This document shows positions 22,101-36,655 of a stretch of DNA of 64,000 nt, piece after piece. The translations under genes were made by a program, and so were the position numbers. Source of the stretch: Klebsormidium nitens (Eukaryota; Plantae; Klebsormidiophyceae). Each line of letters begins with the position of its first letter. The first letter of the stretch is position 1. The notes below the pieces were generated by a model, which did not search any database, was not told the DNA's origin, and was given only the letters and a program-made list of their open reading frames with translations. Where the stretch lies: assembly GCA_000708835.1 (NCBI GenBank), contig DF236963.1, forward strand, positions 62,001 through 126,000, in the 5' to 3' direction.

Positions 22101-25100
22101 GGATATTGTTGTCTCTGCTTCCGACGAGCAAGATCTGGTTTGAGTTCTGGCACCTTTCTGCATGCTGGTATCAAGCCGAAGTGACGCGGTTTTAAGCTAC
22201 AGGCAGCCCAGTGATTCTTTCTCCCGAAGCTCAAATTCCTTACAAAATCGACCCTTACTCATCCGCATCCTGTCTCATGTAGTCGTGTAGCGCAGTTTCG
22301 CAGATTAGAGGCGCAGACTTGAAAGCAGTGCAATCTTTAGAACTGATCTTTGGTGGTTCTTTATTCTATGTTCGCAAGAGACTCAATTCCTCAAACACTC
22401 AATGGTATCTTGACGTAAAACCTTCCCAATAAGTTTGCGCGCTGGATTGAGCCTGGTTTTATGGGGTGCTGCTGGACACGACCTGTGAGAAGAGACGTTT
22501 CAGTCACAAGGTCACCGATCAGCGATGTTATCGAAGCGATCTTTCGTGGAGCCTGCTTGCTACTTCGAGGTGGAGCTCCGCAGCGTAAAGTTGCGCGACG
22601 TTAAGTTGCGCAGCGCAAAGCTGCGCAGGATTCGGCAACTTCCTTGACTGATTGTCTCCATTGCCGTATGCCAAGAACACCTCACGTAGGGTTTGCAAGA
22701 CAATTGGCTGAAAATGCTTCGAAACATCTCTTGTGCAGTTTGCGCGCTACTTCGAGGTGGAGCTGCGCGACGTGAAGCTGCGCAAGGACAAGTACGTGCT
22801 GGACGTGAAAGAGGCGGTCGACATGGTGGACGAGAACACCATCTGCGTGTGCGCGATCCTGGGGAGCACCTACAACGGCGAGTTCGAGGACGTCAAGCTG
22901 CTCAACGACCTGCTTGAGGAGAAGAACGCGAAGACGGGGTGAGGCTGCGGTCGCAGTTTCTTCTAGATCAATTATGCTGTCTGAGGTCATCATGACGGCC
23001 CTTAACCGAATACCTGAAAGAGGAAATACAAAAAAACGGCGTGAGGCGGCAGCTTTGGAAATCTGGTGTAGCGGTAACTTGTACGACTGTTTCCATGTAA
23101 TTCCGTCGGCCCTTACTGTTCAGGCCACTGGAAAGCTGCTGAACGAGCTGCTTCAGGAAGGCTTCGTGGGAGTTAAGTGGCGGATCGCAAACTGCTATGT
23201 TAGAATAGTATCTAGTTCCCACTATGTAACGACCAGGGACCAAATGTTGAGCTCCTAATGGCCCGGCTCGAGATGAGAACGAGGCTCGAGATGGAAACTT
23301 GTTCTTGTGGGCTTCGTGATCAGTCTCGCTTGCGATTTCCGATTTGTTACGAAGCCCTCCGATTGCCAGTACCGCAAGCGGTCTCTGTGATGCGGCAAAC
23401 TTCAGCAGCAACTTCTTAATCTCACGTCCTTTCTTATCAAACCTGCATGAATTGCTGTTTGCGCTTGTCATCATGCGATAAGACCAGCCGGCCCGAAGCT
23501 GTGCTGGCCTTGGCCCAGCCTTGCGCGCCATCTTCCGGTTGCGCCTGCGCTACACTGTAGCATGCGCAACCCGGAAACCTTCCAGCCTCAAACAAGCTTC
23601 TGTCCTGCACGTTGGCACAAGCATTCTGCAGGAGCATACCACAGATTCCGAGTTGCCTCGATTGTCGAAACCAGAGAGGCACCAACCGGATGAGACCACA
23701 AGACCTGAGGCCGACAAATCGCAAACCTCTAAAACCCCTGGAACGCACTGCGTCAGGTGGGCCACGCCGATCCACGTGGATGCTGCCAGCGGCGGCTTCG
23801 TGGCGCCCTTCCTGTACCCGGACCTGGTGTGGGACTTCCGCCTGCCGTGGGTCAAGTCCATCAACGTCAGCGGCCACAAGTACGGCCTTGTCTACGCGGG
23901 AGTCGGGTGAGCAACCTGGCCGCCAGGCCTTTCATTCTTTTGCCACAGCGTAAGGAGACAGCTGATTGGAGCTGCATAGATACAAATTGAAGTTCCCACA
24001 CATCCTCGCATAGTTGAAACACTGGTTGAGGCAAGGCGGATTAGTTGCAATTAGTTTGCTGGGGTTGGCGCTTAACATCTATTTCAATTTAGGGAGCACT
24101 GCTCGCTTACCGTCTCAGCCCTTTCCTCCTAGTATTCTAGGCAACCGTTTAGGCAACCGTGGGTTGAATCTTGGCCTCGTCTTCTTTGTTTTTGGACCCT
24201 GAAGACTCGGAACCATGAATATCAGTGGTCCACTTGGCAATGACATTCTACAGTGTGGCAACGACATTCTACAGTTTGAGGCTGTTCCAAACTGGGTTTG
24301 TTTAACCAGATTTGACGCCCCCTCCTTCCATGCGCAGGTGGGTGGTGTGGCGCAGACATGAAGAACTCCCCGAAGACCTTGTGTTCCACGTCAACTACCT
24401 AGGTGGGTCTCGGCATTGCAGATTTTGCAGTTATGTAGCTTCGAAACATGGGATTGCAGGATGTTGCGGAAGTATCGCTCCGCCTTTGTGCGACGATGTT
24501 TGCAGTCAGAAGTGACAGCGAGCGCCTCATCGAAGTGGAACCCCACTTAAAAGGCAGATTCGAACAGAGCTGCCAGAAGCGTGAGGAAGAGCGCGATTGA
24601 TGTTTGACAAATCGATGTTTGAGTGATGCCTCTGCAAATCCCTAGAAATATGTTGGGAGTACACTCCTGGGCCACTTCGATGCCACTTTAACGGACGCAT
24701 CGAGCTCCCCAGGTGGTCGATAGGAGTGCATGACCACTTCCCGTTTCGTCAGGCCTGGTTTCTTGCCTGGCTTCTTTCCCTCTTGGAGCCCTCTAAACCT
24801 CTTGTAGTCGCCATTGCGCTGATTTGCTTTGGTGCGGTGCAGGCGCGGACCAGCCAACTTTTACCCTCAACTTCTCCAAAGGTAAGCCGTAAAGTGGACT
24901 TGAGCGGCAAAAGCAGGTTCTAGTGTTTGATCGAACCGGGTAGCCCGCCGAAAGCTCTAGTTTGGGACTCTTTCTGTGCAGAAAGTCCTGGTCGGGCGCT
25001 AAAGTTGGCATAGTTCTCGACCCGCTTGGGTCGTGATCCGTATCCCGATTTTATTCGCGTCACATTACGGAGTCTCAAGTTGGTTTGCTGATCCAGCGAT

Positions 25101-28100
25101 TTCAGGGGCTTCTTCTCAAGGCAACTTCGGAAGGCGACAAAGTTCTCTATTGACCTGCTAATGGTTCACGTGCCACTCAGGACCGTTCGGAGCAAACGCC
25201 GCCTAAAAACAGGCTACTTTAACTGGTTGCCCTGGTCTGACGCTCGTTCTGCTGCACGCAGGCGCCAGCCAGCTCATCGCCCAGTACTACCAGTTCATAA
25301 GGCTCGGCTTCTCGGTGAGCTCACCGCCATTGCTGGGGCGTACTCATACCGGAGTTTCATGAAACATGAAGATTTCCGTTCGGGACACGAAGCTCACGCG
25401 ACTGTGCTTGCTCGCATGTGTTCCGCATCAAAACTCGTAAAGATGTTTCAGCTTGCATTTCCCCGTGTCAGCGGCTCGACCATACTGCCCCTGCGCTTGA
25501 CCAGTTGCCAATCATCCTGCCGTAATATGCGCCACGTTCTGCCGATTGCTCGTCTGTATCTGCATGGTGTGTTTTCCTCTTGAATTTCCCGAAACGCAGC
25601 ATTTATTTCGCGACCAAACGCAGCTCGTTTCTTACGTAGGGCTACATGTGCATCTTGGAGAGCTGCTAAGCTCTTACAATTTCCCTTTTCCATCACACAA
25701 GTTTGCGAAAAACAGATAAGGACTTGGCGCAAATTTTCTTGAACGCAGGGCTACAAGTGCATCATGGAGAGCTGCCAGGCGCAGGCCAAGCACCTGAAGG
25801 ACTGCATCGAGGGCATGGGTGACTTCGAGATTCTCTCCAAGGACATCGGCGTACCACTCGTTGCATTCTCGCTTAAGGACCGCTCCGGCTTTGACGAGTA
25901 TGACATCGCCGACTCGCTGCGCACATACGGCTGGATCGTGCCTGCGTATACCATGGCACCTGATGCACAGGTACGTTTGCTATTGTGGTTTAAGATGGCA
26001 AACAACTTAGCAATCTGAAAGTATTAGAAAGCTGAAACCGCTTGTGCGCGGGGGAGGTGTTCGCTGCTACGCTTGGTTGCGTATATAATCCTCACGCTTC
26101 CGCTTTAAGAGCCTAGACAAAGTTCGTGACGATGCCAATCTCGCAAAGACTTGAAGCCAAAATCGCTGGTCCGCACAGAAGGTGTCGCGGCTGCGCGTGG
26201 TGATGCGCGAAATTCCGCACTTCTGCACAAACAAACAAGCTAAGATTGCGAAGAAGCCACGCTTCAGAAGCTAATCGGAATGGCCCGCGGAGGTGTAAGG
26301 AAGCAAGTAATGTAAGCAAGCTAAACCGTGTACAATCAAGAAGTTTATGTGCGTGCAGGAGGTGTCGCTGCGCATGGTTTTGCACGAAATCTCACGGTTT
26401 GGCACTTGTACTCGAGCTCAGATTGCGGAGAATGCTTGTGCGCACAGGAGGTGTTGCTGCTGCATGTGGTGATGCTCGAGGACTCCGACAACTTCGTTTC
26501 ACGGTGGCAAACCGCGGACAACGACAAACTGCTATAAGGCTGTGAAAGGAGAAGGTCATTTCGATTTTGAAGCTTCAAACGCTTTGTGCACGCAGGAGGT
26601 GTCGCTGCTGCGCGTGGTGGTGCGCGAGGACTTCGGCATGTCGCTCGCGGACCGGCTCGGCGACCATTTGAAGTAACGAAAATTTTGAACTTTAAAGCAC
26701 AAAAGGCTTGTGTTTGCAGGAGGTGTCGCTGCTGCGCGTGGTAGTGCGCGAGGACTTGGGCATGTCGCTCGCGGACCGGCTCGGCAACCATTTCAAGTAA
26801 CAAATTTTTAGAACTTTAAAGCACAAAAAACTTGTTTTTGCAGGAGGTGTCGCTGCTGCGCGTGGTCGTTCGCGAGGACTTCGGCATGTCGCTCGCGGAC
26901 CGGCTCGGCGACCACTGCAAGTTACCTAAGGCTGTAGATGGGCTGAAACTTTCGAGATTCAAACCATAAAGCGCTTGCGTTTGCAGGAGGTGTCGCTGCT
27001 GCGCGTTGTGGTGCGCGAGGACTTCGGCATGTCGCTCGCGGACCGGCTGGTGAACGACATCCGCGCGGTGGTGGAGAAGCTGAAGAAGCGGCCGACCAAG
27101 CTGGTCAACGAGGTCGCGGACGCAATCATGAAGTCCGCGGCGCACGGCAAGCACCACAAGAAGCGCAAGGTGGACGACACGCTCGCGGACCTGATTGGCA
27201 GCAAGCCCCTCCATGAGGTACGGTTTAGTGTTTTACTTTCTTTCAGGCTTTTAGGGTTTCAGATTGCTAGGGTTTAGAGAGAAGACGGGTTAGATGGACG
27301 ACACGCTCGCCCGACATAATTGGCAAGAAGCCCCTCCATGAGGTAGGGCTTCAAGGCGACAGCATTGGTTCCTCTTGGCAACCGAGTGGGGAGATTGGTG
27401 ATCTTTGGGTTCCTTGGAAATCTCGGGGAGAAGCGGAGCTTCTGTTCTGTGGCGCGTTTCAGAGACCGTGACTGTGGCAAGCTCGTCCTACGAAGTGGGC
27501 CGATCAGGGTTGGATTTCGAGGTGCGACGGAGTGGGGTCCTGTTCGAGGGAAAGGAAGACGTATCACATTTTAAGGAAATATGCTGACAGCAAATCTCGC
27601 CTTGAGGTGAGCGCTCAGGGTCTGAGAGCTTTTGGGCTCGTGTGGTTCTACTATTTTAGAGTTCAGATTTGAGACTTTTAGAGTGAAACGATACAGCGCA
27701 AGGTGGACGACAACCCCGCGACCTCGTCGGCAGTAAGTGCCTCCACGCCGGTCAAAGCTTTGGGGTTCGTCTGTTGGTAATATGATGAAGAGTATACGAG
27801 AGGTGATTGTCACAGAGAGAGTGTTTGGATTGTCTTTTGCGTGGACATGTTTTCGGGGTGCATGAAGCACGTGGCTGGGCACACGCTCAGCGGAGATCCT
27901 CGAAACTCGTTTGGATTCCGGGCTCGTAAGGAGCCTGCTAGGAGCCGTTTGCCCGGCCCGTGGTCGAAGAATTCTAGCTCCAAGATCATACAATTTTTGA
28001 GAGTCTCGTTCGTTGAGCTTTGGAGCAGCTCATTGCCAGAGCACGACGCTTCTTTGAGGAGCAGCAACGAGAGCGTACGAGTCAGATGCCACTGTGTCAC

Positions 28101-28320
28101 TACCAAGGGCAGTCTCTGGAAGGAAGGCGCATGGTTCTTGTAGAGTTGAATGTTTCTCTCTCAACGGAAGGCAAATCAGCTGAACGGGGATCATTTACGA
28201 AGTGCTTGACAGTTGCAGGTAGTCAAACACGCTTCCGTGTTCGACGAGGAGTTGAACAAGAAGCGAGCGTTCCGGTACCACAAGAAGAACGCTGTGGCGA
28301 AGACGAACGGAGTGTGCTAA
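19186..28320 (+). CDS. GAD: Glutamate decarboxylase (PLP-dependent, plant type)
   Basis: Fifteen exons joined in frame: 19186-19283, 19631-19751, 19885-19931, 20264-20300, 20574-20682, 21108-21199, 21587-21601, 22739-22938, 23757-23906, 24338-24402, 24843-24881, 25262-25314, 25749-25970, 26987-27217 and 28219-28320. Motifs include [49 protein letters not shown] (PLP lysine) and the C-terminus KTNGVC*. Confidence 0.97.
26170..26925 (+). repeat. Intronic ladder of 6-7 copies of the acceptor + 5' end of GAD exon 26987-27217
   Basis: Near-perfect copies of cag|gaggtgtcgctgctgcgcgt..gaggacttcggcatgtcgctcgcggaccggct start at 26596, 26720 and 26844 (124-bp period). More degenerate copies lie at about 26445, 26355 and 26175. 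Confidence 0.95.
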
Positions 28321-28683
28321 GCAAGTTGTCAGCCGATGATTGGGCATTGTGGATCCGTCACTTCCCTGGTGACGGGCCACCTTCCTAGTAAGCGACGTAC
28401 GGACAGGCAAATACGTTGCTGGTATGCTGCGATGCGTCACAGCACAGAGTTTTGCCATGGATTGAATGTAGAAGCGAAGCGGTCAAGCTTGTTGAAAGAG
28501 GTCTGTATCATATGATTCTTGGGAGTGACTGGGACCGTCACTGGAGCATCCATAGCTGAACCGTAGGTCTGGGGAAACATTGACCTTGAGTAAACTACTA
28601 GATATTCTGTTGTCATGTTGAACATGCAATGGCGGAATACTGCTGAATTTTTAAGCACGGGTTTTTTTTCAATGAATGACCAA

Positions 28684-28830
28684 TTACCTTGTGGTGTTGT
28701 TATTTGCGTGCACGCCTGTGCATGCACAATATGACCTTATATGATGTCTCAAAATGACCACTTACCTTGTGGTGTTGTTATTTGCGTGCCCACGTGTGCA
28801 TGCACAATATGACCTTATATGATGTCTCAA
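28684..28830. repeat. Direct tandem duplication, 78-bp unit x2
   Basis: ttaccttgtggtgttgttatttgcgtgc..cg..tgtgcatgcacaatatgaccttatatgatgtctcaa starts at both 28684 and 28762. Confidence 0.92.
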
Positions 28831-29496
28831 TATGTAAGAAACAATTGATGAAAACCTGGATGAGCATGTGATCATGCGCACATATGTGTCAAGCATGCTA
28901 TCCGCATGCAAATGTTCTGTCGGATCGTTTATATTCATAAATTACTTCGACATTCAGCCTCTATTAGTCGGACCATCAAACGAACGATGCCCGCGCGGCA
29001 TAATTGCGGCGAATCAGCTAGAACGAACTGCATTCGATCGGGTTTGAGCATGAGATCGATAGTAAGATTCAACTGCATTCAGAATCAAAACATGACAATG
29101 ATGTATCAAGTTACATACACACAGTCCGACATGTGGCAGAGTGGTCGAGGATTGACCCAAGATGAGCGAATGTACATGTGGCTCGCTAGCAGTACAGCTC
29201 AAGCAACGACTTCTGATCTGAGTGGAGGTCCATCATGATCAGGTCTTGCCGGACATGAGACGACATGGTCGGTCAAGAATTGGATAGATGGAAGATGAAA
29301 GCGCATCGAATCTTGATCCTTCAGGTTGTACACAAAGAGTCCGTTATTCTTGACCCAGGTTGGTTTGCCTTTAGAAGCGACTTGAAGTGTGAGGTTCGCG
29401 ATGCCTCCGCAGAACTGGATGCAAGAGGGGACCTCGACTTGCCAAAGCCCCAGGCTGCTTGCAAGGAACGCCCTTGAAAACGTACGACCTATGTAT

Positions 29497-31690
<2,194 letters not shown>

Positions 31691-32492
31691 GCTTCCCCTA
31701 AAAACTTGCTTACAGTTGTGTTGCAGACCTTCAAGAGAAGCTCTTCCGCTCCGGCTTTCTTTTGGCAGGAAAATAGGTAGGCTGCACCTGTCTCCTAGGT
31801 AGCAACACTGAGGCGATGAAAGGACAATTGAGGCAGCAAAGGAGCGCTTTAGAGACCAACGGCAGCTATCTTTGTTCCTTCTTTGTTCCCACTAGCAGCT
31901 AGCTGACGCTGTGCTCTCCGGCAAGTTTAACTTCAATCGCTCAGTGTGCCTCGATCGAGGAAGTGGTCAGAACATTCTATCACTAGTTTCTAGCCTACCC
32001 GTCAAAGGTTTTCACTGGTTCAAAGTGTATCACAATTGAACCATTGTCATATGGGTCCTGAGCCTTTATTCGCACCTAGTTTCGCTGAACCTTCTGCAGA
32101 CAGCATTCTGTCTAGAGCCTAGAAGAATTCACGCTTCGAGAGCACGAGAAATTAAACTGGTGAGAATCCATTCGTCACTACTAGGTATCCTACAAAGCTT
32201 GGCGCTGTTGCTTTCTTGTTCTTTGAACGAGATGAAGATGAAAGATAAGAGCCCCAGGCTATCCAACTGCAATGAGACAAGCTGCTGCTGTGAGACTGTC
32301 GAGCGAGTTGATTGTAGAGCAAAGACTGGGGCGTGGTACAACCAACACCTGAACGTCCAATATAGCTCGCATTGACTTTTTCTGGAGTGTGAAACAGGAG
32401 AAACTGAGCAGGTGACCGTTAAGAAGGTAGCGCTGACCGCCAATTCTGGGTGCGCTGAGAATACTTTGTCAAAAAGAACCTCAACTCCAAGG

Positions 32493-35400
32493 ATGAGAAA
32501 AAGGGAGCGGGAAAACCCGTGCTTTGTGTGCGGTCACTACCACAAGTATGATGAGGGTGAGCCGTGCGGAATCTGCGGCCACCGAGCGGTGGACCCCTCA
32601 GAAAGAGGCGAACGGCAGAGCGCTTTCTCAGCAGAGATCCTGCCATCGTTTCTGTACCTAGGCAGTTATGACAACGCCTCCCGAGCAGAGATTCTCAAGG
32701 CTCAGGGGATCAGTCACATACTCAATGTGAGTGACACTGCATTTTTTATTCTCAGGCACCGCGTCAATTTCACATACGTTGTCTCAAATTTGTTACACTC
32801 TGTGAGCAAGTGCAACTGTCCACGATTTCTACGTTCGTAAGTGCTTCTGTTCTGTGCCTGAACTTTGTCGAACTTGAAACAAAGTTCGCGAGCCCGAAAC
32901 AAAATATCAAGGCAGCAAGACTGGAAGCATGTGCAAACACCCGGCAGGATTGAGTGGAGTTCATTAAGATTGTCGTCTGCCTGTTTGCGCAGTCCAATAA
33001 AATCAGTTGAATGTCAGGCGGTTATCTTGTGAGACTGAGGCAGCTGCCAACATATCAATGTGCGCAGAAACGCAGTGATAGGCGGCGCATGCCGAGCCAC
33101 TGCTCGGTTCTCATGAACTACAAATCTCTGTGCTTTTGGCGAACTTGTTATTAGGATTGTTATAAGGGTTTTCAATCCATCGATGCCTCTTTGTGGGGGC
33201 GTTGGGCTACATGTCTTTATCCACAGCAGAGCGAGTAAGTTACCAAGAACATGAAGAAAGCGCTTCTCGATTGTTAGTCAGAAGTTTGAGTTCGTGATAC
33301 GTTATGGCAAGCTGCTCAGGTGTGGTGATGGAACAAAGTACCGGACAAATTGGCACTCCTGAGCAAATTTACGTATCACCAAGTCCTTGTGCTTCCACTG
33401 AATCTCTATTGAGATCTTTCCAATGTTCTATTCTCCGGCCCGTCCGTAGGAATCGTCAGCACTGCCAAGCCTGTACAATCCATCCCTCGTCCCCACATTC
33501 TTCCAACCGCTCGTCCGTTCTCTTCTTCGCAGACAGTAGCCGCTTGCCAAAACTTGTACAAAAACTCGTTCACATATCACACGTTGAAAGAGGGCGACGC
33601 GCTCGACTTTGACGAGTGCTTCGAATTCATTGGTGAGCGCTTCCTGATCAACCGCATCAAGAAGTCTACCACCTTGTCTGATAGTTTCTGGTGCGTGAAG
33701 CAACTTCCGACGTTGAGCACTTTCGTTTTCTTTCTGCTTGGATCTAATACTGCTGCACTCTGGCACACTTCGGCAGTATACTATGGAAGACTTGCCTTCT
33801 TAGTGGAACATTAGAAAGCCGTGTATCTCTGTGAGAAGCTGAAACGCCTTAACCTATGATTCCCGAACTCGTTGAGAGCGGGCTTGCCAAATGCTAATTT
33901 GGAAAAGGCTGAGTATTCTCTGTCCTTGCAGAATCGGCTAGGCGAGAAGAAAAGAAGATTCTAGTTCACTGCATGTCTGGGGCAAACCGGTAAGTCGTCA
34001 CGTCATTGTCGCTCCCTTTGTCAAGTACGCAGAAGACTTCTTTGCCAGATTCCAGTACCTTACGATGTGTTTAGCAAACCCTTGCCACCAACCGTCTTAA
34101 GAATCAAGCGGAACGCGGAAGTTTTTTCAAGGCTCTCTTCCGTTCTTTGTAGCTTTTCCTCACCCGACTGTGAAAGTCTCCCGTTGATTGGACTTCTCCG
34201 CCTTCGGGACAACGTTGGCGAAACAAGGATTGAAGCTTTGCTGACCGTTCTGAGCCCATAACGGCCCAAAGTCGGGGCTGGAGACCTGCCTCCCGACTTG
34301 ACCGCCCCGTGTTTTCTACACAAGTGTTACGCCTGATCTGCATGAAGGATAGATTTTCTTGGATAAAAAGAGGAGTCCGGATGAAGACAGAAGGCGGCGT
34401 TTCTCGTTTGCTCCGAATGTGTATTGAGGGGTCCTGCAGAGGTGGGGCTGCGCCTCCGGGAGAGAAATACGAAGGCCGAGAGCACAAACTCTGCGAGGCT
34501 GACCAGAACTGAGCCAGAACAGTCGTCACAGCTTGCCCAGAACAAAAGCTTTTGTTGCCATAATGGAGTTGCAAAGCGTCCAAATTAAATTGATTGGATT
34601 CGTTTGTGCAGGTCACCCTCTTTGGTCATTGCGTACCTGATGCGGCACAAAGGCTGGCGATTGCCCGAGAGTTATCAATGGGTGAAGGACCGGAAACCGG
34701 GCGTCAATATCTCCCCAGGTATGCTCCCTCCCCGGGCTGCTTGTCCCTAAAGTAGCCGCGTCGTTTATGTTGCTATTGCATGGTAAAGCGAGGCGTCGGT
34801 CGCTTTCACGATATCAATTCTCCAGTTTGGGACAGCCAGTTGAGCGTTGACACAATTGTTGCTCCGGTCTCTTGTGACAATCACAGCGGCTGCTGTGAGA
34901 GGCGCAACCAAACCTTGAGCTGCAAGGGACATACAAGATGAAGCGCCGCGTTCGTGTTCGTTCGGATGCTTATCACATTTTCTTCGTCATCAAGCTCTTT
35001 GGTGGAAAGATTCGTAATCCAAGGCGTCCGATTGTTGATTGTCGCAGTGGAACGGGTTCACTATGGCAGAGGGGTTCCTCGTCCGTTCCTTTTCTATGTG
35101 GTCAAGTCTCGCATCACTACTATCCTTACAAGACTTGTTATTGTGCCTCAGCATCCTCTTTAGCGAGCTGCAGGGCAACGTACCTCGTTGGCCGGGGAGT
35201 CTTGACTGGTTGATACCCGTCAGATCGGAGCTTTAAACGTCGTTGAATTGACAAATAATTTCTTGAGCGACCTTTTTTTGGACCTCCAGCTCAGGCCACA
35301 AAGTCGAAGTTCGCTTCGTCGTTTCGCAAAGGTTCTGCGGTTGAGCATGCACGTTCTTCGACTTGAAGGAGTCGCGGGGGGCCAGAACAGAGCTGCGGCA

Positions 35401-35828
35401 TTAGAGACACATTTGTGTAGAGCCGTGCGGGCGACTCTCTCATCTCCGATGCTGTCCGTGCAACGGTAGCGGGCCAGCTCCGAGAGATTCCAGGTCGAAG
35501 TCACCGATTCTGAGGCCGTTCGTGGACCAATCATCCTATTCGAGACATTTTGTCTATTGCAGCTATGGCGGGCCAGCTTCAGAATTACGAAGTCAAAGTC
35601 CATGGTCCCGTCCAAACCCCCCTCCTCAGCAGTCCGACGGGTGGCGTCTCCTTCGGCTTCGGCTTTCCGTCGTTCTCCCCCCCGCAAGCGCCAGCCACGC
35701 TCAGTTTTTCCACCTCGCCCGCGCAACAAGGATCCCCATTGTCGTTCGGTGTCCCGGCCGGGGGCCCATTTGTGTTTGGTGCAGGGCAGCAGAGTTCCCC
35801 AGGTGCAGATAGGATGGACAGCTCGTAG
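32493..35828 (+). CDS. IBR5: Dual-specificity (MAPK) phosphatase, IBR5 type
   Basis: Exons 32493-32726, 33533-33632, 33932-33989, 34612-34718 and 35563-35828. Features are the N-terminus MRKRERENPCFVCGHYHKYDEGEPCGICGH, EILPSFLYLGSYDNASR, the catalytic HCMSGANRS (HCx5R), AYLMRHKGWRL and a C-terminal FGFGFP...FVFG...MDSS, all typical of plant IBR5. Confidence 0.95.
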
Positions 35829-36630
35829 TATATTAGAAGACTGACTAAACGAGGGGACGTGAAGTGCTCTGCGTACTATCAAGCTAGAACTAGCCATTGT
35901 TTCCTTCCCTAAAGGAAACCCCGCCGTTGATAAGACGTGTGCTCATCATATTCGAGGATCAATCTCTCGCAAAGGCTTATGCTCATGCGTCTAGAGGTGC
36001 AACAATCCATTGCCGTTATAGCGGGCAACATGCCACATGGATCATATATGTCAATAATTCAATGTACAAGGATGTCTTTTGAATTAGAAGGTCCCACGAA
36101 GTCATATGCAACTTTCATACAAGCTCCCGTACTAACTTGTACTGCTTTAGAAACCGCTGTAGACGGCGGGCTTAGACGTACCTGACCTGGTTGTCGCATC
36201 CTGTTCCTGGTACTATATCATGACCAACCGCGCTAACTCACGTAACATGCTTCTCAATGGTGATGGCTTCAATATTTTGCAATTATTCGGCATGAGATGT
36301 CTGCAAGCCGTTCTGCACTCCGATCCTCATGCGAGTCAGCTGTCGTTCTGTTGTGAGTCGCATATATTCATCGGGTTGGACTGCTTGATGTGTAAAAGGG
36401 GGCCGGGGCATGGTAAGTTTAGACGTAGATTGAGCCAGGAAAAGTGCCAGGCAATCAAGGACAAAGTTGATGGCCTGGCCCTCGTGCAACCGCTAGTTTT
36501 GTCTACCTCCCGACTCCGGAGAAACGTTCCGATGCAATCCAGAAACGGAAGCCTGGTGGTCACAATATGTATCATGGCCCTGAGCACCGCTATCTGCCGC
36601 CGTTCCTATCCGATTCCTGGTCCAGGCCGG

Positions 36631-36655
36631 CAACAACAACAACAATAACAACAAC
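36631..36655. repeat. (CAA)n microsatellite
   Basis: caacaacaacaacaataacaacaac. Confidence 0.9.

Noticed and set aside
35220-35897. 225-aa minus-strand ORF
   Set aside because: Antisense to the IBR5 last exon and intron; no recognisable domain.
36220-36648. 142-aa ORF ending in poly-Q
   Set aside because: The poly-Q comes from a (CAA)n microsatellite; there are no motifs or convincing splice context.
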